Assembly: GCA_947598345.1 (NCBI GenBank)
Contig: CANQFF010000002.1
Span: 1-39,056 of the forward strand
Source of the DNA: an uncultured Bacilli bacterium
GTDB lineage: Bacteria; Bacillota_I; Bacilli_A; RF39; UBA660
Length of the DNA stretch: 39,056 bases
Reading direction: 5' to 3'
Shown here in pieces: positions 1 to 8,085 of this stretch. Positions within the stretch are counted from its first letter, which is position 1. Every line of letters starts with the position of its first letter. The notes under the pieces are model-generated. The model ran no database searches, was not told the DNA's origin, and worked only from the letters and a program-made list of their open reading frames with translations. A program made the translations under genes and the position numbers.

Positions 1-22
1 ATCGAAAATTTGACAAAAAAAT

Positions 23-47
23 AACCATTTTATAATGGTTTTCACAA
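23..47. terminator. Small hairpin AACCATT-TTAT-AATGGTT, possibly the terminator of a gene upstream of the window
   Basis: Perfect 7-bp stem at 23-29/34-40. There is an A-run on the 5' side and only a short T-run on the 3' side, so orientation is ambiguous. Confidence 0.25.
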
Positions 48-120
48 ATTTATTATTTCAAAACTGATAAATTCCCGAGCTTTGTAAGTAAAAAAATAAA
101 AGATAAATTATCAAATATGT

Positions 121-165
121 AAACTATTAACTAAAAATTAATAGTTTTATTTTATATATATTTTT
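121..165 (+). terminator. AT-rich hairpin followed by T-rich sequence, a weak terminator-like element
   Basis: Perfect 10-bp inverted repeat AAACTATTAA (121-130) / TTAATAGTTT (138-147) with a 7-nt loop, then tattttatatatatttttt. The stem is almost all A-T. Confidence 0.3.
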
Positions 166-230
166 TAAAAATAACGAAAAAGTTGATATTAAAATTTTGT
201 TTTGATATAATTATAATAGAGAGTGATGCT

Positions 231-830
231 ATGAGTAGTAAAAAATGCAGTGAATCTTTATTATATATTGTTTTAAGACCTATTATTACTGTTTTATTTA
301 AATTTTTATTTACGCCTAAAATAGTAGGTAAGGAAAATATACCTAAAAATGGTAGAATAATCATAGCAGGAAATCATACTAATAATTTAGATTGTGCTTT
401 GCTTATAAGTTCTATAAAAAGACCTATACATTTTCTAGCTAAAGTTGAGTTATTTAAGGGATTTAAGAAAATAATATTTTCTAATATGGGATTAATACCA
501 GTAGATAGAAGTAAAAAAAATCCAGATGCATTAAAAAAGGCAAAAGATTATTTGATGTGTGACAAAGTAATAGGCATATTTCCAGAAGGAACTATACCTA
601 AAAAAGCAAATTCACTTCCATATAAGATGGGGGCTGTTAAAATGGCGAAAGATACTCAAACAAGAATAGTTCCTTTTGCAATTACTGGAAATTATAAATT
701 ATTTTCAAGAACTTTAAAGATAGAGTTTGGTGAAGCTATCACTATTGAAAATAGTGATTTAAATATTGAAAATGAAAAATTAAAAAATAAAGTTATCGAA
801 TTGGTAGGTGATAAAAATGTCCATATTTGA
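231..830 (+). CDS. 1-acyl-sn-glycerol-3-phosphate (lysophospholipid) acyltransferase, PlsC/LPLAT family, copy 1
   Basis: HX4D motif AGNHTNNLD and FPEGT motif. The ~200-aa size is typical of Firmicute PlsC. The ORF opens at 183, but the ATG at 231 (MSSKK...) is the more likely start. Confidence 0.85.
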   Translation: MSSKKCSESLLYIVLRPIITVLFKFLFTPKIVGKENIPKNGRIIIAGNHTNNLDCALLISSIKRPIHFLAKVELFKGFKKIIFSNMGLIPVDRSKKNPDALKKAKDYLMCDKVIGIFPEGTIPKKANSLPYKMGAVKMAKDTQTRIVPFAITGNYKLFSRTLKIEFGEAITIENSDLNIENEKLKNKVIELVGDKNVHI

Positions 831-2550
831 ATTTTTTGCAAGAAAGAAAAAAATACCTTGTCCTTGGAAAAAATATTATACCGATGACGAGTTTAATATG
901 ACAATACCCAATATAAGTTTATATGAACAAATATATAAGAGTTATAAAAATTATCCAAATAATATTGCTTATAAATATTTTACTAAATCAGTTACTTATA
1001 AAAAATTTATAAAGCAAATAGATAGGGCAGCAATGTCTTTTAAAAAGTTAAATATAAAGAAGGGGGATATTGTTACTATATGTCTTCCTAATGTTCCAGA
1101 GGCTTTAATTTCATTTTATGCGTTAAATAAATTAGGTGCAATAGCAAATATGGTTCATCCTCTTTCAGCTGAAGAGGAAATAAAGGATAGTTTGAATAAA
1201 ACAAACAGTAAATATTTAATTATGGTAGATATGTTTTATTCTAAAATAAAGTTATGTGTAAAAAGCACAAGTGTTAAAAAAGTAATATTTGTTTCACCAG
1301 CTAATTCTATGAATATATTTATGAAAATTGGTTATTTTTTCTTAAATATAAAGAAATATAAAAAATATCCAAGAAATAAATTTTTTATTTCTTGGTCTAA
1401 ATTTATTAGTATATCAAGATTTAGTAAGATAGATATAAAAACAAAATATGGAAAAGATACTCCTGCCGTTATATTACATAGTGGAGGTACAAGTGGTAAA
1501 CCTAAAAATGTAGTAATACAAAATAAAGCTTTCATATTAGGCGCTAAGCAATATAAGATTGCCTTAAAGAGTTTGACATTTGGAGATAGTTGCTTAGCTC
1601 TTATGCCAAATTTTCATGGATTTGGTTTAGGAGTAACAATACATACACCTCTTGCGTTAGGTCTTTGTACAATATTAATACCACAATTTAATGGAAGAAA
1701 ATTTGATACTTTATTTAAAAAAACTAGACCTACCTGTGTTCTTGGTGTTCCAACAATTTTTGAAGCACTAATTAATTGTAATAATGAAAAAGATTTAGAT
1801 TTATCATTTTTAAAATATGTGGTAAGTGGTGGAGATATTTTAAATAAAAATTTGGAAGATAAAATTAATGAATATTTAAAAGAACACGGTTCGCCAGCAC
1901 AAATAATACAAGGATATGGATTATCTGAAGCTTTGGCAGCAGTAACACTTCCAGTAGATGGATATAATAAAAGTGGATCGGTTGGAATTCCTTTAGCAGG
2001 TAATTATATAAAAATTATAAATCCATCCACTAGAAAGACTGTACCACACAATGTTGTAGGAGAGATTTGTGTTAATTCAAAGGCATTGATGATGGGATAT
2101 TTAAATGATGAAAGTGAAACAAATGAGGCATTACAAATGCACGATGATGGTCATGTTTGGTTGCACACAGGTGATTTAGGTTATATGGATGAAGATGGAT
2201 TCATATTTTATAAAGGTAGACAAAAGAGAATGATTATAACAAGTGGTTATAATGTTTATCCATCACATATTGAACAAGTAATAGAATCTCATCCTGCAGT
2301 TTTACAGTGTACCGTAGTTGGTGTTCCACATCCGTATAAGCAGGAAGTTCCAAAAGCATTTATAGTTTTAAAGGAAGGTTATAAAGGTATTTTTATAAAA
2401 GCCGAAATAAGAGAATATTGTAGAAAAAATTTAGCAAAATATATGATTCCAAAAGATATAGTATATCGAAAAAAATTGCCTACGACGAAATTAGGTAAAG
2501 TAGATTTTAATAAATTAAAAAGTGATATAGGAGCTGATGATGATGAATAA
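817..2550 (+). CDS. AMP-dependent synthetase/ligase (ANL family), fatty acyl-CoA or acyl-ACP ligase-like
   Basis: AMP-binding motif HSGGTSGKPK. Also QGYGLSE, GDLGYMDEDGFIFYKGRQKR and a C-terminal KLGKVD. The ATG at 817 follows GGTAGGTG; the ORF opens at GTG 808. It overlaps the upstream CDS by 14 nt. Confidence 0.85.
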   Translation: MSIFEFFARKKKIPCPWKKYYTDDEFNMTIPNISLYEQIYKSYKNYPNNIAYKYFTKSVTYKKFIKQIDRAAMSFKKLNIKKGDIVTICLPNVPEALISFYALNKLGAIANMVHPLSAEEEIKDSLNKTNSKYLIMVDMFYSKIKLCVKSTSVKKVIFVSPANSMNIFMKIGYFFLNIKKYKKYPRNKFFISWSKFISISRFSKIDIKTKYGKDTPAVILHSGGTSGKPKNVVIQNKAFILGAKQYKIALKSLTFGDSCLALMPNFHGFGLGVTIHTPLALGLCTILIPQFNGRKFDTLFKKTRPTCVLGVPTIFEALINCNNEKDLDLSFLKYVVSGGDILNKNLEDKINEYLKEHGSPAQIIQGYGLSEALAAVTLPVDGYNKSGSVGIPLAGNYIKIINPSTRKTVPHNVVGEICVNSKALMMGYLNDESETNEALQMHDDGHVWLHTGDLGYMDEDGFIFYKGRQKRMIITSGYNVYPSHIEQVIESHPAVLQCTVVGVPHPYKQEVPKAFIVLKEGYKGIFIKAEIREYCRKNLAKYMIPKDIVYRKKLPTTKLGKVDFNKLKSDIGADDDE

Positions 2551-3139
2551 AAAATTACCAATGCTTTACTATATTGGTAGATTCATATTGGGTCCAATAT
2601 TTAAACTATATTATAATCCTAAAATAATTGGTAAAGAAAATATTCCAGAAAATGGACCAATAATAATTGCAGGTAATCACAAACACTTATATGATCAATG
2701 CTTAACTATTATAGCAACAAAAAGGGGAATACATTATTTAGCTAAAAAAGAATATTTTGATAATAAAAAAGTTGCATGGTTTTTTAAACATACAGGATGT
2801 ATAAAGGTTGATAGAAAACATAAAGATGATGAAGCTGTAGAAAATGCTATTTGTGTTTTAAACGATGGTGGGGCAATTGGAATTTTTCCAGAAGGCACTA
2901 GAAATAGAACAAAAGAACCTTTACTGCCATTTAAATATGGTGCTGTTAGTTTTTCTAAAAAAACTAATAGTTCTATAGTTCCATTCGCAATAACGGGGGA
3001 TTATAAGTTCAGAAGTAATAATCTTAAAATAATATATGGTGAGCCATTTAAAGTTAATGATATGACTTTAGAAGAGGCGAATACTTTACTTTATAATAAA
3101 GTATTAGAGCTATTAAAAATAAATGACGATAAAAAATAA
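2537..3139 (+). CDS. 1-acyl-sn-glycerol-3-phosphate (lysophospholipid) acyltransferase, PlsC/LPLAT family, copy 2
   Basis: HX4D motif AGNHKHLYD and FPEGTRN motif. There is a triple ATG at 2537/2540/2543 after TAGGAG. It overlaps the ligase stop by 14 nt. Confidence 0.85.
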   Translation: MMMNKKLPMLYYIGRFILGPIFKLYYNPKIIGKENIPENGPIIIAGNHKHLYDQCLTIIATKRGIHYLAKKEYFDNKKVAWFFKHTGCIKVDRKHKDDEAVENAICVLNDGGAIGIFPEGTRNRTKEPLLPFKYGAVSFSKKTNSSIVPFAITGDYKFRSNNLKIIYGEPFKVNDMTLEEANTLLYNKVLELLKINDDKK

Positions 3140-3141
3140 CA

Positions 3142-3170
3142 AAAGGACCAGTTCCTTTTATTTTTTTCTT
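3142..3170 (+). terminator. Rho-independent terminator after the acyltransferase/ligase operon
   Basis: AAAGGA-ccagt-TCCTTT hairpin followed by TATTTTTTTC. Confidence 0.55.
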
Positions 3171-3219
3171 TTAAAAATTATAAAAATAGTGTATAATTGT
3201 TCTAGACAGTAGGTGAACT

Positions 3220-4182
3220 ATGAATATATTTAAGCAAATATATAAAAAAATAAAAAAATATAATAAAATAGTTATTGCAAGACACATTGGAGCTGATCCA
3301 GATGCTTTAGGTAGTACATTAGGATTAAAAGAAGTAATATTAAGTACTTTTCCAAATAAAGAAGTTTATGTTGTAGGTGTTCCAGCTGCTAGACATAGAT
3401 ATATAGGTGTTTTAGATAAGTTTACTGAAGATATGTATGAAAATTCATTATTGATAGTCTTGGACACTCCGGATTTAAAAAGAATAGATGGAGTAGATCC
3501 AACTAAATTTGAGTATAAAATAAAAATAGATCATCATCCATTTATTGAAAAATATGCTGATATAGAGCTTATAGATGATACATCTAGTAGTGCATCACAA
3601 TTAGTTATGGAATTAGTAAAAAAGACTAGATTAAAAATTAATAAATCTGGTGCTGAAAAATTATATATAGGTTTAGTAGGTGATACCAATAGATTTTTAT
3701 ATCACTATACTACTTCTAAAACATTTGAATTAGTAGCTTACATTATAAAAAAAACAGGTATAGATTTCACAAATTTATATGAAGATATGTATTTAAGATC
3801 TATTCACGATTTAAAATTTCAAAGTTATATAATAAATAATTTAATTATTACTGAAAATGGTTTTGGATATATTAAGATAGATCAAGATATTTTAGATAAA
3901 TATGAAATAGATGCTGCAACTGCATCAAATATGGTAAATAATTTAACTTTTATAGAAGGCATGTATTCTTGGGCAACTTTTGTTTATGATAAAGCTAATG
4001 AAAATATAAGAGGATCTATACGATCTAGGGGTCCTATTATAAATACAGTTGCTTCGAGATATAATGGTGGTGGGCATATATATGCTGCTGGAGTTAGAGT
4101 TTCTGATTTTGATATTGTTGATGAATTAGTAAATGAATTAGATGAGGTTTGTCTTGAGTATAAAAAAGAAAAGAATATATAA
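3220..4182 (+). CDS. nrnA: DHH/DHHA1 phosphoesterase, NrnA-type oligoribonuclease/pAp phosphatase
   Basis: Motifs HIGADPDALGS, DTPD, DHH (KIDHHPF), GDTNRF and GGGH. The AGGTGA SD lies 5 nt upstream. 320 aa. Confidence 0.85.
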   Translation: MNIFKQIYKKIKKYNKIVIARHIGADPDALGSTLGLKEVILSTFPNKEVYVVGVPAARHRYIGVLDKFTEDMYENSLLIVLDTPDLKRIDGVDPTKFEYKIKIDHHPFIEKYADIELIDDTSSSASQLVMELVKKTRLKINKSGAEKLYIGLVGDTNRFLYHYTTSKTFELVAYIIKKTGIDFTNLYEDMYLRSIHDLKFQSYIINNLIITENGFGYIKIDQDILDKYEIDAATASNMVNNLTFIEGMYSWATFVYDKANENIRGSIRSRGPIINTVASRYNGGGHIYAAGVRVSDFDIVDELVNELDEVCLEYKKEKNI

Positions 4183-4193
4183 GGGGAATGAAT

Positions 4194-5765
4194 ATGAATA
4201 AAGGTTTTACTTTGGTTGAACTGCTTGGTGTGATTGTAATACTTGGACTTATAATGGTTTTAGTTTTACCTAAAGTTACTGGATATGTTAGAAGTTCAAC
4301 AACAAAAACAGATAAATTAACTGAGGATTTAATTTATGACGCTTCTAACTTATATTTAGAAAATAATAAAAATATTTATGATACTGTAAATGGAAGTGTA
4401 TATTGTATTTCACTTAAAACGCTTGTTAAAGAAAATTACTTGAAAGGTCCAATAACATTTGCTGACGGCCAAGATATAACGGGTACTAAGAGTATACAAG
4501 CTACATTTAATAATAAATATAGTTTAAAACTTGTAGATAGTAATGAATGTAAGGAAGTTGTAAGTTTAGCACCAGAATTATTTGATGGATTAGTACCAGT
4601 TGTATATAATAATTCTAATTGGCAAATAGCAGATCCTTCAAGTAATTGGTATAATTATTCAAACCAACAGTGGGCAAATGCTGTTATTTTGAAAGATGAT
4701 GTTAATAAAAATATTGGAGATATAGTTACAGTTGATGGTAATAATCCCGATGTAATTGCAATGTTTGTATGGATACCAAGATATTCATATACGATTAAAG
4801 GTACATATGGGAAAGGTGGAGTTGATTTAGCAAACCCTGGAGAGATAGATATAAAATTTGTTAGTAGAGGTACAAAAGAAAAAGGTAGTGCTAATTATAT
4901 AGGCGAAAATCCAAATAATTGGCTTACGCATCCAGCATTTACCTTTGGAGGAAAAGAATTAAGAGGTATATGGGTAGGAAAGTTTGAAACAAGCGCAGAA
5001 AAAGATAGCCTTTGTTATACTAATCCATCAAATGATAATTGCAATAATGATCTTCAAAATCCATATATACTTCCAAATAGGAATTCATTAAGATATCAAA
5101 CAGTAAGCAATGAATTTAAAGTTTCTCAAAAATTTAATACAAATTTAAATGGACTAGGGGATTCACATATGATGAAAAATAGTGAATGGGGAGCAGTAGC
5201 ATACTTATCACAATCAAAATATGGAAAATACGGAAATAATTTATATATTGGAGCAAATAAAGAAATATATCAAAATAAATCTAGTGATTATATAACAGGA
5301 AGTAGTAATGGAACTCCATCTCAAGATGGAACCTTAACGCAATGTCCATATAATGATATAACTGATAAGAAAGATGGAACAGGTTCTTGTGGTGGCGGAG
5401 CATCAACAACAGGGAATATAACAGGAATATACGATATGAGTGGAGGAGCATGGGACAGAGTTATGGCAAACAATAATAATAAAGTAGGTCATGGAATAGA
5501 TGCCACTTGGTTTAAAGAACATGAAAAATATTACGATTTATATGTAGATACAAATCTCAATAATTCTTTATATATGGGTCATGCAGTAGGAGAAACTTCG
5601 GGGTGGTACTCTGATCTTGCGAGATTAATTGAAATTAATTCGTGGCTTTTCCGTGGAGGATGCAATGTCAGTACGACCTACGCAGGTGTGTTCAGCCTTG
5701 ACGTAAGCACTGGTGGACCTAGTGACGGTTGGTCATTTCGAGTTGTACTTTCTCCAACTAGATAA
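4194..5765 (+). CDS. Prepilin-type N-terminal cleavage/methylation protein fused to a large FGE-sulfatase (SUMF1/C-type-lectin-like) domain
   Basis: MNKG|FTLVELLGVIVILGLIM class III signal with Glu at +5. Later motifs are FVWIPRYSY, GIWVGKFE, NSEWGAVAYL, GIYDMSGGAWDRV, FRGG and GWSFRVVL. The ATG at 4194 is better spaced from the AAGGGGA SD than the ATG at 4188. Confidence 0.7.
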   Translation: MNKGFTLVELLGVIVILGLIMVLVLPKVTGYVRSSTTKTDKLTEDLIYDASNLYLENNKNIYDTVNGSVYCISLKTLVKENYLKGPITFADGQDITGTKSIQATFNNKYSLKLVDSNECKEVVSLAPELFDGLVPVVYNNSNWQIADPSSNWYNYSNQQWANAVILKDDVNKNIGDIVTVDGNNPDVIAMFVWIPRYSYTIKGTYGKGGVDLANPGEIDIKFVSRGTKEKGSANYIGENPNNWLTHPAFTFGGKELRGIWVGKFETSAEKDSLCYTNPSNDNCNNDLQNPYILPNRNSLRYQTVSNEFKVSQKFNTNLNGLGDSHMMKNSEWGAVAYLSQSKYGKYGNNLYIGANKEIYQNKSSDYITGSSNGTPSQDGTLTQCPYNDITDKKDGTGSCGGGASTTGNITGIYDMSGGAWDRVMANNNNKVGHGIDATWFKEHEKYYDLYVDTNLNNSLYMGHAVGETSGWYSDLARLIEINSWLFRGGCNVSTTYAGVFSLDVSTGGPSDGWSFRVVLSPTR

Positions 5766-5797
5766 GTTAAAAAATTTTTAAAATAAGTAAATGATAT

Positions 5798-5837
5798 AAT
5801 CTAGTGTTTAGATAAATTTTATACACTAGATTTTTTA
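5798..5837 (+). terminator. Rho-independent terminator
   Basis: 10-bp stem AATCTAGTGT (5798-5807) / ACACTAGATT (5823-5832) followed by TTTTT. Confidence 0.75.
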
Positions 5838-5909
5838 ATAAAAAATTATTAAATTATTGATAATATAGATTTAATTTAATAAATATGATAAAATTATTAT
5901 GGTGGTAAG

Positions 5910-7085
5910 ATGAAGACTATTGAAAATTTTAACTTAAAAGATAAAAAGGTAATAATAAGAGTTGATTTTAATGTACCAATTAAGGATAATAGAATACTAG
6001 ATGACAATAGAATTGTCATGAGTTTAAAAACAATAAAGTTTGCTATAGATCATGATGCTAAAGTAATACTTATGAGTCATTTAGGAAGAGTAAAAGAAGT
6101 TTCTGATAAAGATAAATACTCTTTAAAAATAGTGGCTAAAAGACTTAGTGAATTATTAAATAAAGATGTTATTTTTGAGGGTACAACAAGAGGAGAAAAA
6201 TTAGAAAAAGCAATAAATAATTTAAAACCTGGAGATATTTTACTTATGGAAAATACTAGATTTGAAGATTTAAATGGTAAATTAGAATCTGGTAATGATG
6301 ATACTTTAGGCAAATATTGGGCTTCTCTAGGAGATATATTCATAAATGATGCTTTTGGGACTTTACACAGAGCTCATGCATCGAATGTAGGTATTGCATC
6401 AAACTTACCTAGTGGGATAGGATTTTTAGTTAAAGATGAAATAGAAAAATTAGGTAGTGCGATAAACAGTCCTAAAAGACCATTTGGTGTTATACTTGGA
6501 GGAGCTAAGGTAAGTGATAAAATAGGTGTAATAGAAAATTTGGTAAAAAAGTGTGACTATATTTTAATTGGTGGAGGTATGGCATATACATTTTTAAAAT
6601 CTCAAGGATATAATATAGGTAAGTCACTTTTAGATGAAAATTCTATTGATTTTTGTACTAATATACTAAATAATTATTCAGAAAAAATAATATTACCTGT
6701 TGATTCTATCGTATCAAAAGAATTAGGTAGTGATGCAGTTTTAAAATCTAATAATACTTTTGAAAATGATGACATAGGTTTAGATATAGGAAGTAAAACT
6801 ATAGAAAAATATAAAGAAATACTAGATAAGTGTGAAACTATTGTATGGAATGGGCCTTTGGGTTATTCAGAAATAGACAAATATTCAAATGGTACAAAAC
6901 AAATTCTTGAATATTTAAGTAAAAAAGATAAAATAGTGATTATAGGCGGAGGTGATAGCGCATCTGCTGCTATTAACTTTGGATATAAAAAATCATTCAC
7001 ACATATTTCAACAGGTGGTGGAGCCTCTTTAGAATTATTAGAAGGTAAGGTATTACCTGGTATAGAGGTAATAGAGGATAAATAA
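5910..7085 (+). CDS. pgk: Phosphoglycerate kinase
   Basis: Full-length match to the PGK pattern: RVDFNVP, MSHLGRV, NTRF, AFGTLHRAHAS, GGAKVSDKI, GGGMAYTF, WNGPLG, GGGDS and STGGGASLE. Confidence 0.97.
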   Translation: MKTIENFNLKDKKVIIRVDFNVPIKDNRILDDNRIVMSLKTIKFAIDHDAKVILMSHLGRVKEVSDKDKYSLKIVAKRLSELLNKDVIFEGTTRGEKLEKAINNLKPGDILLMENTRFEDLNGKLESGNDDTLGKYWASLGDIFINDAFGTLHRAHASNVGIASNLPSGIGFLVKDEIEKLGSAINSPKRPFGVILGGAKVSDKIGVIENLVKKCDYILIGGGMAYTFLKSQGYNIGKSLLDENSIDFCTNILNNYSEKIILPVDSIVSKELGSDAVLKSNNTFENDDIGLDIGSKTIEKYKEILDKCETIVWNGPLGYSEIDKYSNGTKQILEYLSKKDKIVIIGGGDSASAAINFGYKKSFTHISTGGGASLELLEGKVLPGIEVIEDK

Positions 7086-7086
7086 T

Positions 7087-8085
7087 ATGAAAAAAAAGTT
7101 AAATATAATAATTCTTATATTTATAACTATCTTAGTATTATATTTTTCATTAAAAGATGATTTTTCTTCTATAGTAAATCAAATTATTAATATGAATATT
7201 TGGTACCTTTTAGTAGCGTTTTTATTACTCATATTATTTTGGATATTTAGAAGTTATCCTATGTATTCGTTTTGTAAAAAAATAAATAAGGATTTTAAAT
7301 ATTCTTATTCTATTAATTTAATTTTAAGAACACAATTTTTTAATGCAATTACTCCTTTTGCAACAGGAGGTCAACCTTATCAAATATATTATTTAAAAAA
7401 GAATGGATTAGATTATGCTAGTGCGACCGGAGTAGTATTAGAAAATTTTATAGTTTATCAAATCGCATTAGTATTACTAGGTTTAATTGCGCTTATAACA
7501 AATAATATTTTTAATATATTTGGTAAAGTCCATTTGCTTCAAAAATTAATCGCACTTGGATTTATAATAAATACACTTGTTATAGTTGTAATGTTTGTGA
7601 TTGCATTTTCAAAAAAAATGAATAAAATTTTAATAGATTTTGCAATTAATTTATTGACTAAGCTTCATCTTGTAAAAAATCCAGAGGAAAAATTAGAAAA
7701 ATGGCATGATTCAATAAATAGATTTGATAATAGTGCAAGGGTATTATTAAGTGATAAAAAAACATTTATATTTAATATATTATATAATTTCATAGCGCTT
7801 TGTTGTTTATATTTAATTCCTTTATTTGTTTTATATTCGATTGGAAATTTTGATTCATTTACTGCAGGAGTATCAATAGTTACAAGTGCATATGTAATGC
7901 TTATAGGATCTTTTGTTCCAATTCCTGGTGGAACTGGAGGATTAGAGTATGGATTTGTTCAATTCTTTGGTAATTTTGTTACAGGAAGTTCTCTTTCTGC
8001 TATGATGCTCGTATGGAGATTTATAACATATTACTTTGGTATGGTTGTAGGAGCGATTGCTCTTAATTTAAAGAAGGTGAATTAG
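7087..8085 (+). CDS. Polytopic membrane protein, UPF0104 / lysylphosphatidylglycerol-synthase-TM-region (flippase-like) family
   Basis: About 8 predicted hydrophobic helices. It has FFNAITPFATGGQPYQIYYL and a C-terminal PIPGGTGGLE motif typical of this family. It is coupled to the downstream glycosyltransferase. Confidence 0.65.
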   Translation: MKKKLNIIILIFITILVLYFSLKDDFSSIVNQIINMNIWYLLVAFLLLILFWIFRSYPMYSFCKKINKDFKYSYSINLILRTQFFNAITPFATGGQPYQIYYLKKNGLDYASATGVVLENFIVYQIALVLLGLIALITNNIFNIFGKVHLLQKLIALGFIINTLVIVVMFVIAFSKKMNKILIDFAINLLTKLHLVKNPEEKLEKWHDSINRFDNSARVLLSDKKTFIFNILYNFIALCCLYLIPLFVLYSIGNFDSFTAGVSIVTSAYVMLIGSFVPIPGGTGGLEYGFVQFFGNFVTGSSLSAMMLVWRFITYYFGMVVGAIALNLKKVN

